Assembly: GCA_040755995.1 (NCBI GenBank)
Contig: JBFMAF010000026.1
Coordinates: forward strand, 1-44,788
Direction: 5' to 3'
Origin: Acidobacteriota bacterium
Lineage (GTDB): Bacteria > Acidobacteriota > CAIWXX01
DNA: 44,788 nt
The translations under genes and the position numbers were made by a program. This document shows, piece by piece, positions 10,590-20,974 of the stretch. The notes under the pieces were generated by a model. That model saw nothing but the letters and a program-made list of their open reading frames with translations. It did no database searches and was not told the origin of the DNA. Within the stretch, counting starts at the first letter, position 1; the number at the start of each line of letters is the position of its first letter.

Positions 10590-11024
10590 TCAGAACGCGC
10601 CCAGCTGGCACTCCCTCAGTCTGATCCCCAACCGGTCCGCCGCGCGGCCGATGTCTGCGCGCGCGACCTTGAATCGGTCCGCGATCTCCCATGCCGCCCG
10701 GCACGAAAGCCGGCCCGCTTCAGCGGAGGCCGCCCGTATGGCCTCCTCGACACCCTCCGGCAGTTGAGGTTCGAGGTATCCTTTGTCATCCCACAGTCTG
10801 GAGTGACCCGGATAGCCGAACAAGCCGAGCTGGCATTGGGTCAGGTGTAGGTCGACCGCGTCCGCCGTCTTTCCGATAAGCAGCGGTTCGACACGCATGG
10901 CCTCGGCTGCCGCGAACGCGGCAACGCACGGAAGGCGGCCGTCACGAAGGCGGCTCCTCAGCTCCATCACCAACGATTCGTCCGGTTCGAAGTCCTTATC
11001 CAGTGTCTTATCTTTCAATGCCAT
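10590..11024 (-). CDS. conserved hypothetical protein with an internally duplicated Cys motif
   Basis: RLPCVAAFAAA...LTQCQLGLF and RLSCRAAWEIA...LRECQLGAF are homologous halves. Confidence 0.75.
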   Translation of the reverse strand: MALKDKTLDKDFEPDESLVMELRSRLRDGRLPCVAAFAAAEAMRVEPLLIGKTADAVDLHLTQCQLGLFGYPGHSRLWDDKGYLEPQLPEGVEEAIRAASAEAGRLSCRAAWEIADRFKVARADIGRAADRLGIRLRECQLGAF

Positions 11025-11142
11025 GACCGCGCTCCTGTATCGAAGGGCCGTCCCGCTCACGACCAGGCTAGAGTCTACACAGCGGGTCCCATGTCTACAA
11101 TAGCGCGATGATGTTCCTCGCTGCCGGCGGCCAGGGGCGCGA

Positions 11143-12270
11143 TCACTCCTGCGGTACGAGAATATCCTCGAAGAACTTCAGGGCCAGTTCGTCGCCGGTC
11201 TGACCCAGCCAGAAGATTGCCTTCTTGCGAACCGACGCGCTCGCATTCGTTTTCGCGATCTCGATCAACATCGGAACGGATTGGCTTTTCGGAAGCTGGC
11301 TGATCGCGAAGACCGCCTGTTCCTTCAGTCCCGAGGAGTCGTCCTCGACGATGTCCCTGAGCGCCTTGACGCACTCGGCCGACGCTCTCTGCCCCAGCCA
11401 GAAGACGGCGGTCTTGCGGATCTCACGATCCGCGTCGTTCCGGGCGAAAACGACGAGCTGGGATGTGGCCTCGCTGGACTTGTTCAGAGACACTGCGAAA
11501 ACGATCTGCTTCCGGACGTGCTCGGAGTTCTCCCGGCCGTAGATCTCCATCAGATCGCCCAGACTGCCGGGATCGGCGAAACACCCAAGCCAGAAGACGG
11601 CCTTCTCACGGACCGACGAGACATCCTGGCCCAGCGCGACTTCTTTGAGGAACGCGCGGCCGCGTGCCCCTCGATGGGACGAGGCGATGAACAGCAGCGT
11701 GTTCTTCAAGTCCGCACTCGGGCTCCCGGCGAAGGCCGCTTCGACAACGTCCACGCTCTCTTCATTGCCGGCGATGCCCAGCCAGTAGACCGGCGTCTCG
11801 GCAAACTTGTACCTCTGATCAGGGTCGAGGACTGAAGCGTCCGTGACAGCTCCGGATCGATCGTGCAACAGAAGCAACCCGGCAGGCGCGGGGGTATCGT
11901 CATCTTCGTTCGTCGTGTAACCATCGTGTCCTTCCGAGACTCCGGCCCGTATGTGGATTGTCGATCCGCGGGCCTGGACGAGGTACTGTTCGCCAGTCCT
12001 TCCCTCGCTGTGGCATCGGATCTTGTGTCTGCTCTCGAACAGGTACACGGTGAAGTAGTCACTTCCCTTCGCGTCGCGTGCCGCCTGTTCCAGCCGCTCG
12101 GACAGGCCGTCTCCCGCCGATCCGATCGTCTGGATCCGCCCTGTAAGGAACGCCGGCACCTGCGCCTCCTGGACGAAGGATGCGGCGGGGGAGCAGGTGA
12201 TGGGAAGGAGCCCGCCTGCCAACAAAGGTACGATCAGTCGCCACGGCTCTTTCATCGAAGATGCTTGCAT
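11143..12270 (-). CDS. exported HEAT-repeat protein
   Basis: Signal-like N-terminus; repeated VR(E/K)xA(V/I)FWLG(Q) HEAT motifs; operonic with upstream genes. Confidence 0.88.
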   Translation of the reverse strand: MQASSMKEPWRLIVPLLAGGLLPITCSPAASFVQEAQVPAFLTGRIQTIGSAGDGLSERLEQAARDAKGSDYFTVYLFESRHKIRCHSEGRTGEQYLVQARGSTIHIRAGVSEGHDGYTTNEDDDTPAPAGLLLLHDRSGAVTDASVLDPDQRYKFAETPVYWLGIAGNEESVDVVEAAFAGSPSADLKNTLLFIASSHRGARGRAFLKEVALGQDVSSVREKAVFWLGCFADPGSLGDLMEIYGRENSEHVRKQIVFAVSLNKSSEATSQLVVFARNDADREIRKTAVFWLGQRASAECVKALRDIVEDDSSGLKEQAVFAISQLPKSQSVPMLIEIAKTNASASVRKKAIFWLGQTGDELALKFFEDILVPQE

Positions 12271-12284
12271 GGCTGTCCTCCAGT

Positions 12285-13694
12285 CTATTTCTCCAATATC
12301 TCCCGGATGTACTTGAGGGCCTCGTCGCTCTGCGACTGGCCCAGCCAGAAGACTATCGACTTCTTGAGATCCGGGTCCTTCTCGCTCCGCGCCAGCTCGA
12401 TCAGAGCCGAGACGGCCGTGTCCCCGCCGCTCTGGGATAGGGAGAAAACGATCTGCTTCTTGAGATGGGTCTCATCTGTCTTCCTGTATATGTCGACGAG
12501 GGTTGGGACAACGTCGTCGCCGTCAGACTGGCCGATCCAGAAGATGGCCCGCTCGCGGGCCTTGGGGTCCTTGTCCGAGCGTGCGATCTCCAGGAGTTTG
12601 GCTTTCGCCTTCGGGTTCCCGCTCTGGGCGAATCCCATGATCAGGTTCTCCTTGATCTTGGAGTCCTGGGCGGAATCGTAGATGTCGAACAGTGCGGCCT
12701 GCGCGGCCTCGTCGTGCATCTGGCTCAGCCAGAAGATCGCCTTGCCCCGCAGACGCACATCGGCCTCGGTCCTCGCGATTTCGAGCAGTCTGGCCGATGC
12801 ACCGGCGTGATTCATCTGTGAAAACGAGAACAGGATCTTCTCCTTTCCCCTCTCGTCCGCGCTCCCGTAGAGCTTCTCCAGGGCTTCGAAGCTGGAGTCA
12901 TCCGAACGCTGTCCGAGCCAGAAGATCGCCTGCTCGCGCACTTGGGGCGAGGTGTCTTTTGCGGCCGTTTCGGTGAGTAGGGGAACGACCCTCGGATCAT
13001 CACTCTGGCTGAGAACGAAGAGGGCCTGCTTGCGGAGCTCCGGGGACTTGTCCTCCCGGATCATCTTCTCCAGGATGGGGAACGCCTTCTCCTTGTCCAT
13101 GCCGAGCAGGGCGTTCAGGGCCACCAGCTTCAGCTCTGACTCGGGGTCCAGCTTCTTCTCGTCCGGCTCGACCTGTTCAACGCCCCCGACCACGCCACCT
13201 TGTATGCCGCCCTCGATGCCGCCGCGGATCCCGCCTTCGATACCGCCTTCCACCCCGCCCGAGATCGACCCGTTGATGTACTTCCGGTATTGACCCAGGC
13301 CGTTCTTGACAAGGGTCTCGGCGATCTCGATCCGAAGGATCCTGGCGTCATTGGCCCAGTTGTTGGACGCGAAGTCCTTGAGCAGTCGGTTCAGCTTCTC
13401 GATCGCTTCCTGTTCCTTCTCCAGACGGCGCTGCGGTTCATCGAGCGATGCAGCCAGCTTGTCCAGGCTATAGCCCAGCCAGTAGAGAGACTCGCCCAGA
13501 TATCTGCTCTTCGAGTAATTCCTCTCGATGCTTCCCAGAGCCTCGACTGCCTTGTTCCAGTCCTTCTGATAAATGGCTTTCTTGGCTGCATCATAGAGGG
13601 CTTTGTCACTCGCCCCTCCCTGGGCCGCAGCCAGGCAGCTCGGGGTCAGGGACAGTGCGAGAGTGAGCGTAGCAACTATCTTCCGCATGATCAT
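12285..13694 (-). CDS. exported HEAT-repeat protein with TPR-like N-terminus and GGI/VxGG linker
   Basis: Signal peptide; LYDAAK...WNKA...SLYWLGYSL TPR-like region; about 8 HEAT repeats (AIFWLGQ). Confidence 0.9.
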   Translation of the reverse strand: MIMRKIVATLTLALSLTPSCLAAAQGGASDKALYDAAKKAIYQKDWNKAVEALGSIERNYSKSRYLGESLYWLGYSLDKLAASLDEPQRRLEKEQEAIEKLNRLLKDFASNNWANDARILRIEIAETLVKNGLGQYRKYINGSISGGVEGGIEGGIRGGIEGGIQGGVVGGVEQVEPDEKKLDPESELKLVALNALLGMDKEKAFPILEKMIREDKSPELRKQALFVLSQSDDPRVVPLLTETAAKDTSPQVREQAIFWLGQRSDDSSFEALEKLYGSADERGKEKILFSFSQMNHAGASARLLEIARTEADVRLRGKAIFWLSQMHDEAAQAALFDIYDSAQDSKIKENLIMGFAQSGNPKAKAKLLEIARSDKDPKARERAIFWIGQSDGDDVVPTLVDIYRKTDETHLKKQIVFSLSQSGGDTAVSALIELARSEKDPDLKKSIVFWLGQSQSDEALKYIREILEK

Positions 13695-13699
13695 GTCTC

Positions 13700-14428
13700 C
13701 TAGGTTCTTCTCAGAATTTGAATCCGGAACAGGATTTCTCTGTCGCGGATCAGGTCCCGGACCTGCGCCTGCGAGGCGCTGCCCGGGCCCCGGCCGTTGA
13801 CGATTTCTTTCAAGATGAGATCGAGGTCGTCGAGCAGCTCGGCAGCGGCAGGATCCTTCCCTTCCAAAGCGCGGCGCAAGAGCAGGTTCTGGAGCAACAG
13901 CGCGCGCAGGAGTCGCTCGTCGACCGTAATGGTCGCTCCGTGTGCTCCGCTGGCGGAATTGGCGAAATCGAGGAGGATCGGCCGGAGGTCCTCCAGGTGC
14001 GTGACAAGCATGGGCTGGACGGAGGGAACGTTGGGTGCCTTGGTTGCGGCCGCTTCGGTCATGGTCGTGTCAGGCTCGGGTGACGGCTTCACTCCCAAGC
14101 GGCCGATGACGATGCCCAAGAAGGCAGCAAGCAGGAGCCCGGCTCCTACGAGCCCCCAACGCCAACCAGGTACAAGAGGGAACCACCTCCGGCTCGGCGT
14201 GCCGCGCATCCTGGCGCTGATGTACCTCCACGATCGCTCGCGATCGAAATCGGGGACGCGAACGGGATCTTGGGCGGAAACGAGGCGCAGGACTCTTCGG
14301 GTCTCCTCTCGGTCGGCATCGCAGCGCTGGCAGGATCGGAGATGCTCGTCGAGCCGCGCCTGCTCGTCGTCGGAGAGCTCTCCGTAGTGTTCGAGCACGA
14401 TCGCGTGGCGAGCATCATTACAGTTCAT
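13700..14428 (-). CDS. zf-HC2 anti-sigma factor
   Basis: HLRSCQRC (HxxxCxxC) motif plus TM helix; overlaps the sigma gene stop. Confidence 0.88.
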   Translation of the reverse strand: MNCNDARHAIVLEHYGELSDDEQARLDEHLRSCQRCDADREETRRVLRLVSAQDPVRVPDFDRERSWRYISARMRGTPSRRWFPLVPGWRWGLVGAGLLLAAFLGIVIGRLGVKPSPEPDTTMTEAAATKAPNVPSVQPMLVTHLEDLRPILLDFANSASGAHGATITVDERLLRALLLQNLLLRRALEGKDPAAAELLDDLDLILKEIVNGRGPGSASQAQVRDLIRDREILFRIQILRRT

Positions 14429-14993
14429 AGCCGGCCTCCAAGGCGAAATGCCGCAGCCGCTTCTTCAGGGAGTCCACTGCGCGGAACAGGTGCTTCTTGA
14501 CGCTCCCCTCGGTCGATCCCATCGATTGGGCGATATCGCGTATCGAATGGCCCATTTCATGTCGCAGGATGAAGATCATCCTCTGGTGAGGTGACAGGCG
14601 TTCGATGGCCGAATCGATCCGATTACGGATTTCTCGGTTCCGAGCGACCCGTTCGGGATCGTCCTCCGGTGTGTTAGCTGCGAGGGTGTTCATGGATTGG
14701 CCTTCCAGAGAACGCGTATTGCGGTGCCGGGCCCGGCGCAACAGGTCTATGCTGCAGTTGACGCAAATCCGGTTGACCCACGTCGCAAAACTCCGGCTCT
14801 TGCTGGGGTCGTATGTGGCCAGGGCGTGATAAGCCCGAACGAATGTTTCTTGCATGACGTCCTCGGCGTCGGCCTGGTTGCGCATATAGCGGTGAGCCAG
14901 GGCGAACACCCTACCGCTGTGTGCGTCGAAGAGGGCGTGGAAGGCCTCGGTATCGCCTTCCCTGGCACCCTGGATCAGCTCAAGCTCGTCCAC
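14418..14993 (-). CDS. ECF RNA polymerase sigma-70 factor
   Basis: DAEDVMQETFVRAY, FATWVNRICVNCSIDLLR and GSVKKHLFRA (regions 2 and 4). Confidence 0.93.
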   Translation of the reverse strand: MDELELIQGAREGDTEAFHALFDAHSGRVFALAHRYMRNQADAEDVMQETFVRAYHALATYDPSKSRSFATWVNRICVNCSIDLLRRARHRNTRSLEGQSMNTLAANTPEDDPERVARNREIRNRIDSAIERLSPHQRMIFILRHEMGHSIRDIAQSMGSTEGSVKKHLFRAVDSLKKRLRHFALEAGYEL

Positions 14994-15097
14994 TGCACCT
15001 CATTCATACACCTATACGGCGCGGCGCGCGTTTCGATGACAAGTAGATCAAGGACCATGCCTCGGGATCAAGGGGCTGCGGGGTTTCCAGTGGAATA

Positions 15098-15674
15098 CGC
15101 CGACATCCATTTCTCCGTGTCGCGCGAGACCAGGTTTGCGACGATGAAGGAGCTTTACAGTGCGAGCGACGGCAACCCTGACCTGCAGGACGAGATCGGG
15201 ACAGACGTCGAGGTTGGATTCGCGTATGACAAGCAGGTGAGACTCAGCAGCGCCATCTTCTACAACTCATTCAAGGACCTGATCAACTCCGTCAGGCGCC
15301 CGGACGGGTCGAAATACTACGAGAACATCGACAGGGCGCGGATCAGCGGGTTCGAGCTGGAAGCGGGCAAACCGATCCGGTGGCTCGACCTTTCCGCCAA
15401 CTACACCTACTTGAACGCGAGGAACCAGGACACTGACAAGCCGCTGGACCTGGTACCCGGCCACCAGTTCAACTTCATGCTGAACGGCAGGCCGGGCAGA
15501 GGCTTCTCGTTCGCAGTCTGGGGACTGGCCACCTCAGAGTGCACTGTTGCATCGTCGTCGGGCACACTCAAGGCGCCAGGGTACTTCGTGGCGGGAGCAA
15601 GCGTCGACAAGACGCTGTCGGTTCTGCGGCTCTTCCTTCGCGCGGACAACCTCTTCAACAAGAGCTACGTTACC
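15098..15674 (+). pseudogene. internal fragment of a TonB-dependent receptor beta-barrel
   Basis: RFATMKELY...GNPDLQDE...YENIDRARISGFELE...ANYTYLNA...RADNLFNKSY. No N-terminus; C-terminus replaced by antisense amidohydrolase sequence. Confidence 0.75.
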
Positions 15675-16142
15675 ATCATGCGCTTCACGTGGCATATGGC
15701 ATTCCGGTCCGTGGCGTTGAATCCGCAGATGAAGGGGTGAATTCTCATACGCCTGTCATCCGGCAAGGCCGCAACTGCCCTTGCCACAATCATGTCGGTC
15801 GCGCTGTACCAGTATGCGCGCGCATCATTGTCAAGATAATAGGTCGGTCTGACGGGATCGAGGGCATCCCACATCTTCACCACCGGCAATCCCGCCAGCA
15901 TCGTATGCCCGACCCCGTACCGGTCCATTGCGGAGATCAGCGCGTCGATGCCGTCAGTCTCCTGCACAAAGTCCACGAAATGGAGATGAGCGTCATTCAC
16001 GATGATTCGATCTTTCTCAGCCGTCGATGATATGGCCCCACCTTCCTTTCTCCCAGGCAGATCGTTCGCACATGTTTCCACTCGTGCAAAGAAGCCGATT
16101 GCAGTGGCGAAAATGATCATCATCGTAAGTGACCCGCGCATG
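15665..16142 (-). pseudogene. truncated amidohydrolase-family protein (N-terminal part)
   Basis: Signal-like N-terminus, DAHLHFVDF (DxHxH), YYLDNDA..YWYSATD and PFICGFN motifs. Stops after ~158 aa at the junction with the TonB fragment. Confidence 0.7.
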
Positions 16143-16380
16143 CGCAACTTCTCCTTTCGAGACTTTCGCGAATAACCAACAATCATATCATGGTGTGGGA
16201 TTGGCGCGTGCCGCGAGCTGCAGGACCGCAGGACCTGGACCTGGACCTCCCAGAACTTCGAAGCGGTCCTCATGCGCGCGGACAACCCCTTCAGCATGAA
16301 CTACGGTTACCCGATGCCGATCCGCCGGATCTACGGCGGCGTGGGGGTGGGAGTAGGTGGTTAGTAGCACGCCGGCCGAA

Positions 16381-16411
16381 TGATACAATGCTCGCGAGGG
16401 AGACTCGCGAG
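16381..16411 (+). promoter_or_regulatory. extended -10 promoter (TGaTACAAT) and CTCGCGAG-ggaga-CTCGCGAG inverted repeat before sbcD
   Basis: TGATACAAT at 16381-16389; 8-bp stem with GGAGA loop at 16391-16411, ending on the first base of the GTG start. Confidence 0.45.
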
Positions 16412-17553
16412 TGCGCTTCATTCACACGGCCGACTGGCACCTGGGCCGCGTGCTGCACGCGGTGAGCCTGCTCGATGACCAGCGCTACGTCCTCGATCAG
16501 CTCGTCGATCTCGCCAAAGAAGCGCGAGTCGACGCCGTTGTCATCGCGGGCGACATCTACGACCGTGCCGCGCCGAACGCAGACGCCGTCGCGCTGCTGG
16601 ACGACGTGCTCAGCCGCCTCGTCAAGGGTCTCGGCGCGCGCGTGATCGCCATCGCCGGCAACCACGACAACCCCGATCGAATAGGCTACGGCGCCAGGAT
16701 CTTCGCCGACCAGCGGCTGCACATGGCCGGGTCGATCGCCCGCAGCCTACAACCGATTCCCGTAGAAAACGGAAACGCGGTCTTCTGGTTCAACGCCATA
16801 CCGTACTCGGGACCTCTCGCCGCACGCATCGCCTTGGGCGACGACACCATCCAGGACCATGAAGCCGCTCTGCGTGAGTCGATCCGCGCGATGGCGATGC
16901 CGAATCAGGGAGCCGGCCCGAAGGTGCTCGTGGCGCACGCATTCGTCGCGGGGGGAAACGAGAGCGAGTCGGAACGCCCCCTGACCGTCGGCGGCACCGC
17001 CTCGGTCGGAAAGGGACTGTTCGCCGGCTTCGACTACGTGGCGCTCGGACACCTCCACCAGCCTCAGTCCATCGACTCGAATATCCACTACGCAGGTTCG
17101 CTGCTCAAGTACTCGTCCTCCGAGATAGGCCACACCAAGTCGTTCAAGCTCGTCGAAATGGATCGGAGCGGCATCGCTCGCGTCGAGGCGATACCGATCC
17201 GGCCGCGGAGGGACGTCCGGCGGATCGAAGGACTCCTCGACGACGTCGTCAGGGCCGGCTTCGCTGATCCCCTGCGCGATGACTACGTGATCGTCAAGCT
17301 CATGGACGAAGGCGCGCTGCTGAACCCGATGCTCCGACTGCAGCAGGCATACCCGAACGCGATAGCAATCGAGTACGCTCCGCCGCGCGCCTTGCCGCCG
17401 GACCTCCAGACGCGCGACCGCACCCGCCTCAACCCCGCGGACCTCTTCCCCGAGTTCTACAAGTTCGTGACGGGCGATGACATGAACGCCGAGCAGACGA
17501 AAGTCGTGGTCTCAGTCGCCGACGAGTCGAACGAGATCGAAGAGCAGCAATGA
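16411..17553 (+). CDS. sbcD: exonuclease SbcCD subunit D
   Basis: HTADWHLG, IAGDIYD, IAGNHD, ALGHLH and YAGSLLKYS metallophosphoesterase motifs. Confidence 0.95.
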   Translation: MRFIHTADWHLGRVLHAVSLLDDQRYVLDQLVDLAKEARVDAVVIAGDIYDRAAPNADAVALLDDVLSRLVKGLGARVIAIAGNHDNPDRIGYGARIFADQRLHMAGSIARSLQPIPVENGNAVFWFNAIPYSGPLAARIALGDDTIQDHEAALRESIRAMAMPNQGAGPKVLVAHAFVAGGNESESERPLTVGGTASVGKGLFAGFDYVALGHLHQPQSIDSNIHYAGSLLKYSSSEIGHTKSFKLVEMDRSGIARVEAIPIRPRRDVRRIEGLLDDVVRAGFADPLRDDYVIVKLMDEGALLNPMLRLQQAYPNAIAIEYAPPRALPPDLQTRDRTRLNPADLFPEFYKFVTGDDMNAEQTKVVVSVADESNEIEEQQ

Positions 17554-20500
17554 GACTGCGGGAGCTCAAGATGACCGCCTTCGGGCCATACGGCCGGACT
17601 GAGACGATCGATTTCCGAAAAATCGAGGATCGCGGCTTCTTCCTGATCAGCGGACCCACCGGCGCCGGCAAGTCGTCCATTCTCGACGGGATCTGCGTGG
17701 CGCTTTACGGCCAGACGTCGGGCGCCGACCGCGACGCCGAACGCATGCGCAGCGACCTCGCCGAGACCACGACCGTGACGGAGCTCAGCCTCGAATTCGC
17801 TCTGCGCGACAAGGTGTATCGCGTGACACGCCGCCCGCGGCACATGAGGCCCAAGAAGCGCGGGGGTGACGCGCTGGTCGAGGAGCCTGCGAAGGCCTCG
17901 CTCGAGCTCCTCGACGGCGATGGCAAACCCCGTGCTGTCATAGCCGAAAAGCCGCATGCCGTCGATGAGGAGATCCGCAGGCTCCTCGGCCTCGACATCG
18001 ACCAGTTCCGGCAGGTCGTAGTGCTGCCTCAGGGAAAGTTCCAGAAGCTGCTGCTGGCGACAGGCACCGAGCGCGAGGCCATCCTCGAGGTGCTCTTCGG
18101 GACCGAGATCTACCGGCGCATCCAGGAAGTCTTGAAGGTACGGGCCAAGGGACTGCAGCAGGAGTGCCAGGACGCCGAGAAGGAACGCACACACTACCTG
18201 ACGCAGGTCGAGTGCGACTCAGTAGAACAGCTCCTGGAGATTGTCGCCACCGAGCAGGCGAGGCTCGGCGCGTTGCGGGAAGAGAAGAAGCGCCTGGGAG
18301 ACAGAGAGACACAGACGATAAAAACCCTCGCAGACGGGCGTGCAGTCGCGGAGAAGCTCCGCGAGCTCGATCGCTCCGTGCAGGCGATCGAAGGCCTCGA
18401 CAAGAAGTCGGTCGAGATCGAGGAGCGGAAGGCGACGCTCGGGACCGCGCGCGCTGCTGCGGGGCTGCTGGATGTCGAGAAGCACGCCGCGATGCGCGAT
18501 GCCGAGGCCGCGAAGGCGTCGGACGCGGCGGCCCGTTCGGAACGGTCGGCCTCGGAGTCGACCGCGAGATGCGCAGCTGCCAGGGCTGCGTTCGAGCGCG
18601 AGAGCGCCCGCGCAGTGGAGCGCGACGATGCGAAGCGCAGGGCCCAGGATCTCGCCGCGATGCTCGCGCGGCTGGAGGAGCTCGAGCGAGCCACGCGGGT
18701 GCTGGAGGTTGCCAGGCGGAGCCGCAGCGCGGCCGTGGCCCTTCGTGATCGGGCTCGCCACGCCCTCGATGAGAACATCAAGTCCGCCGAGGCCGACCGG
18801 AAAGAACGCGAGAGGCTCGGCGAGATCGCTGCAACAACGAAGGCGGTCGCCGAGCAGCTCAAGGATGCGCGCCAGCGGCTCGAATGGGCCTCTCAGCTCG
18901 ATTCGAAGCGGAAGGAACTGGCGGCAGCCAAGAAGGAGCTGAGAGGAGCCTCCAACGGACGCACGGCGGTGCTGGCCGAGAAGGAGAAAGCCGTGGCCGA
19001 GTCGGCGGATGCCGAGCGGCGATGGGTCGACGGGCAGGCGGCTCGCCTCGCGCGGATGCTCGAGCGAGGGCAACCGTGCCCGGTGTGCGGTTCCAAGGAT
19101 CATCCCAGACCTGCCAAGCCGTCCGTCCGCTCTGTCTCGGACGAGACACTGGAGGAGTTGAAGCAGCGAGTGAAGGACTTCGAGATCAAAGAGAAGCGGG
19201 CGGCGCTCGAGGAGAAGGAGGCGGAGAAGCGGGCGGAACGGCTTTCGGCAGTCGTCTCCGGTCTCGAAGCGAACCTCGGCGACGAGCATCGTGAGCCCGT
19301 CGGCTCGATTCGCAAGCGTGTCGACGCGATCGAGATGCAGCAGGCCGCCGGTGAGAAGGCCCGGAGCGAGCTGGTGCAGCTCGAGAAGAGAATCGCGGAC
19401 CTCGAGCTGCTGCGCCCTGAGCTCCAGCGAAGGTTCGAGACGGCGGGCAGTGAGGTCGAGCTTGCGGAGAAGAGCCACGGTGCCGCTGAAGCTACGGTGG
19501 CGGAGAGGGCGAGGGGCATCCCCGAGGAATTCCGGGACCGCCTGGTGCTTGATGGCGAGTCGAACGCAGCCGCCAAGCGTGCGTCTGATCTGGTTGCAGC
19601 GTTCGAGACTGCGCGGAACACGCTTGACTCGGCCGAGAAGGCACTCGCAGCGTGCCGCAGCGCGGCGCAGGCGGCGTCGAATGCAGCTGCGGAGGCGCGC
19701 CAGGCGGCGGAAGAGGCCAGGAGCGACCTGCTGAGGCGCATAGATGAGGCCGGATTTCCGTCTGTCGCCGAGTACGAACGGGCGAAGAAGACGGAACAGC
19801 AGATGCGCCAGCTTGAGAAGGAGATCAAGGAGTACGAGGAAGCACGGTCCGCCGCGCGAGACCGAGTCAGGCGCGCGCGAGAGGCTGCCCAAGGCCTGGT
19901 GTCGCCGGATCTGGACGCGCTGAGCAACGAAGCGGATGCGGCCCGGGCGCGGGTTCAAGAGGCGACGCGCGAGGAGAAGGGGATTGAGGACCGAATCGCC
20001 TTTCTAGGCAAGGGCGAGGAAGGGGCGAGGAAAGCGGAGGTGCGTCGCAAGCAGATGGAGGAGCAGTTCGCGATGGTCGGCGCGCTCGCCGACGCGGCAA
20101 GCGGCAAGAACCGGCGCAACTTGAGCTTCCAGCGTTACGTCCAGCAGACGCTGCTGGACGGTGTCCTGGTCATGGCCAATCGGCGCCTCGACCTGATGAC
20201 GGCCGGACGCTACCGGCTGCGCCGGTGCGAAGAGGATCCCAGCGGCCGGAGCGCCGGCGGCCTCGACCTCGAAGTCGTCGATGCCTTCACGCACAAGGCA
20301 CGGCGGGTCTCAACACTCTCGGGCGGCGAGAGCTTCCTCGCTGCGCTCGCGATCGCCCTGGGGCTGGCCGACGAGGTCATGTCGCGGGCGGGCGGAATCC
20401 AGTTGGAGACGGTATTCGTCGACGAAGGCTTCGGCAGCCTGGACTCGGAGGCGCTCGACCTTGCCATCCGCACTCTGATCGACCTGCAGGAAGGCGGGCG

Positions 20501-20609
20501 TACGGTCGGCATCATCTCGCACGTGCCCGAGCTGCGCGAGCGCATCGACCTTCGCCTCGAAGTCGTCCCGTCTCCAACCGGCAGCACTACGCGGTTCGTA
20601 TCCGGATAG
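17550..20609 (+). CDS. sbcC: exonuclease SbcCD subunit C (SMC-like ATPase)
   Basis: Walker A GPTGAGKS, LPQGKF, zinc hook CPVCGS, LSGGE signature, FVDEGFGSLD and ISH; ATGA overlap with sbcD. Confidence 0.96.
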   Translation: MRLRELKMTAFGPYGRTETIDFRKIEDRGFFLISGPTGAGKSSILDGICVALYGQTSGADRDAERMRSDLAETTTVTELSLEFALRDKVYRVTRRPRHMRPKKRGGDALVEEPAKASLELLDGDGKPRAVIAEKPHAVDEEIRRLLGLDIDQFRQVVVLPQGKFQKLLLATGTEREAILEVLFGTEIYRRIQEVLKVRAKGLQQECQDAEKERTHYLTQVECDSVEQLLEIVATEQARLGALREEKKRLGDRETQTIKTLADGRAVAEKLRELDRSVQAIEGLDKKSVEIEERKATLGTARAAAGLLDVEKHAAMRDAEAAKASDAAARSERSASESTARCAAARAAFERESARAVERDDAKRRAQDLAAMLARLEELERATRVLEVARRSRSAAVALRDRARHALDENIKSAEADRKERERLGEIAATTKAVAEQLKDARQRLEWASQLDSKRKELAAAKKELRGASNGRTAVLAEKEKAVAESADAERRWVDGQAARLARMLERGQPCPVCGSKDHPRPAKPSVRSVSDETLEELKQRVKDFEIKEKRAALEEKEAEKRAERLSAVVSGLEANLGDEHREPVGSIRKRVDAIEMQQAAGEKARSELVQLEKRIADLELLRPELQRRFETAGSEVELAEKSHGAAEATVAERARGIPEEFRDRLVLDGESNAAAKRASDLVAAFETARNTLDSAEKALAACRSAAQAASNAAAEARQAAEEARSDLLRRIDEAGFPSVAEYERAKKTEQQMRQLEKEIKEYEEARSAARDRVRRAREAAQGLVSPDLDALSNEADAARARVQEATREEKGIEDRIAFLGKGEEGARKAEVRRKQMEEQFAMVGALADAASGKNRRNLSFQRYVQQTLLDGVLVMANRRLDLMTAGRYRLRRCEEDPSGRSAGGLDLEVVDAFTHKARRVSTLSGGESFLAALAIALGLADEVMSRAGGIQLETVFVDEGFGSLDSEALDLAIRTLIDLQEGGRTVGIISHVPELRERIDLRLEVVPSPTGSTTRFVSG

Positions 20610-20815
20610 TCGGCAGGGTGAGCGGCAAGCCGAAGGGCTACATCGGCGACTCGGGGGTAGCCTGTTGGTCGCTTGCGATCTCCTCGCCGAGGGCCGTGGC
20701 CAGCCACCCGAACTGGGGCGCGCTGTTCGAGACGGCCGTTTTTGGCGAGGTGCGCAAGGCGCTCTCGCTTCTCCCTTTGCGCCCGATTGTATACCACTGG
20801 CGCACGAGCGGAAGG
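20610..20815 (+). pseudogene. fragment of an AAA-ATPase/DUF4143-type protein
   Basis: KPKGYIGDSGVAC...WGALFETAVFGEVRK...YHWRT resembles the KxPKxYxxDxG...GxLFE...YxWR pattern; no start codon or N-terminus. Confidence 0.55.
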
Positions 20816-20974
20816 GCCGGCGGGCGAGGAGAACCAGACGCAGACCGCCAAGGATGCCCGGCGACAGCGACCAGCCCGTTCCCCAGGAGCGGGTCGGGTT
20901 GACCGGCCAGGACGCTGAGAGGGCGTGTAGGAGGACCAGTCGAAACAGAAGAGGCTGAGCCGGGACCGTTGACG

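Noticed and set aside
18219..19958. 579-aa and other ORFs antisense to sbcC (likewise 376-1455, 9291-10499 and 23384-24541)
   Set aside because: Shadow frames of well-supported genes.
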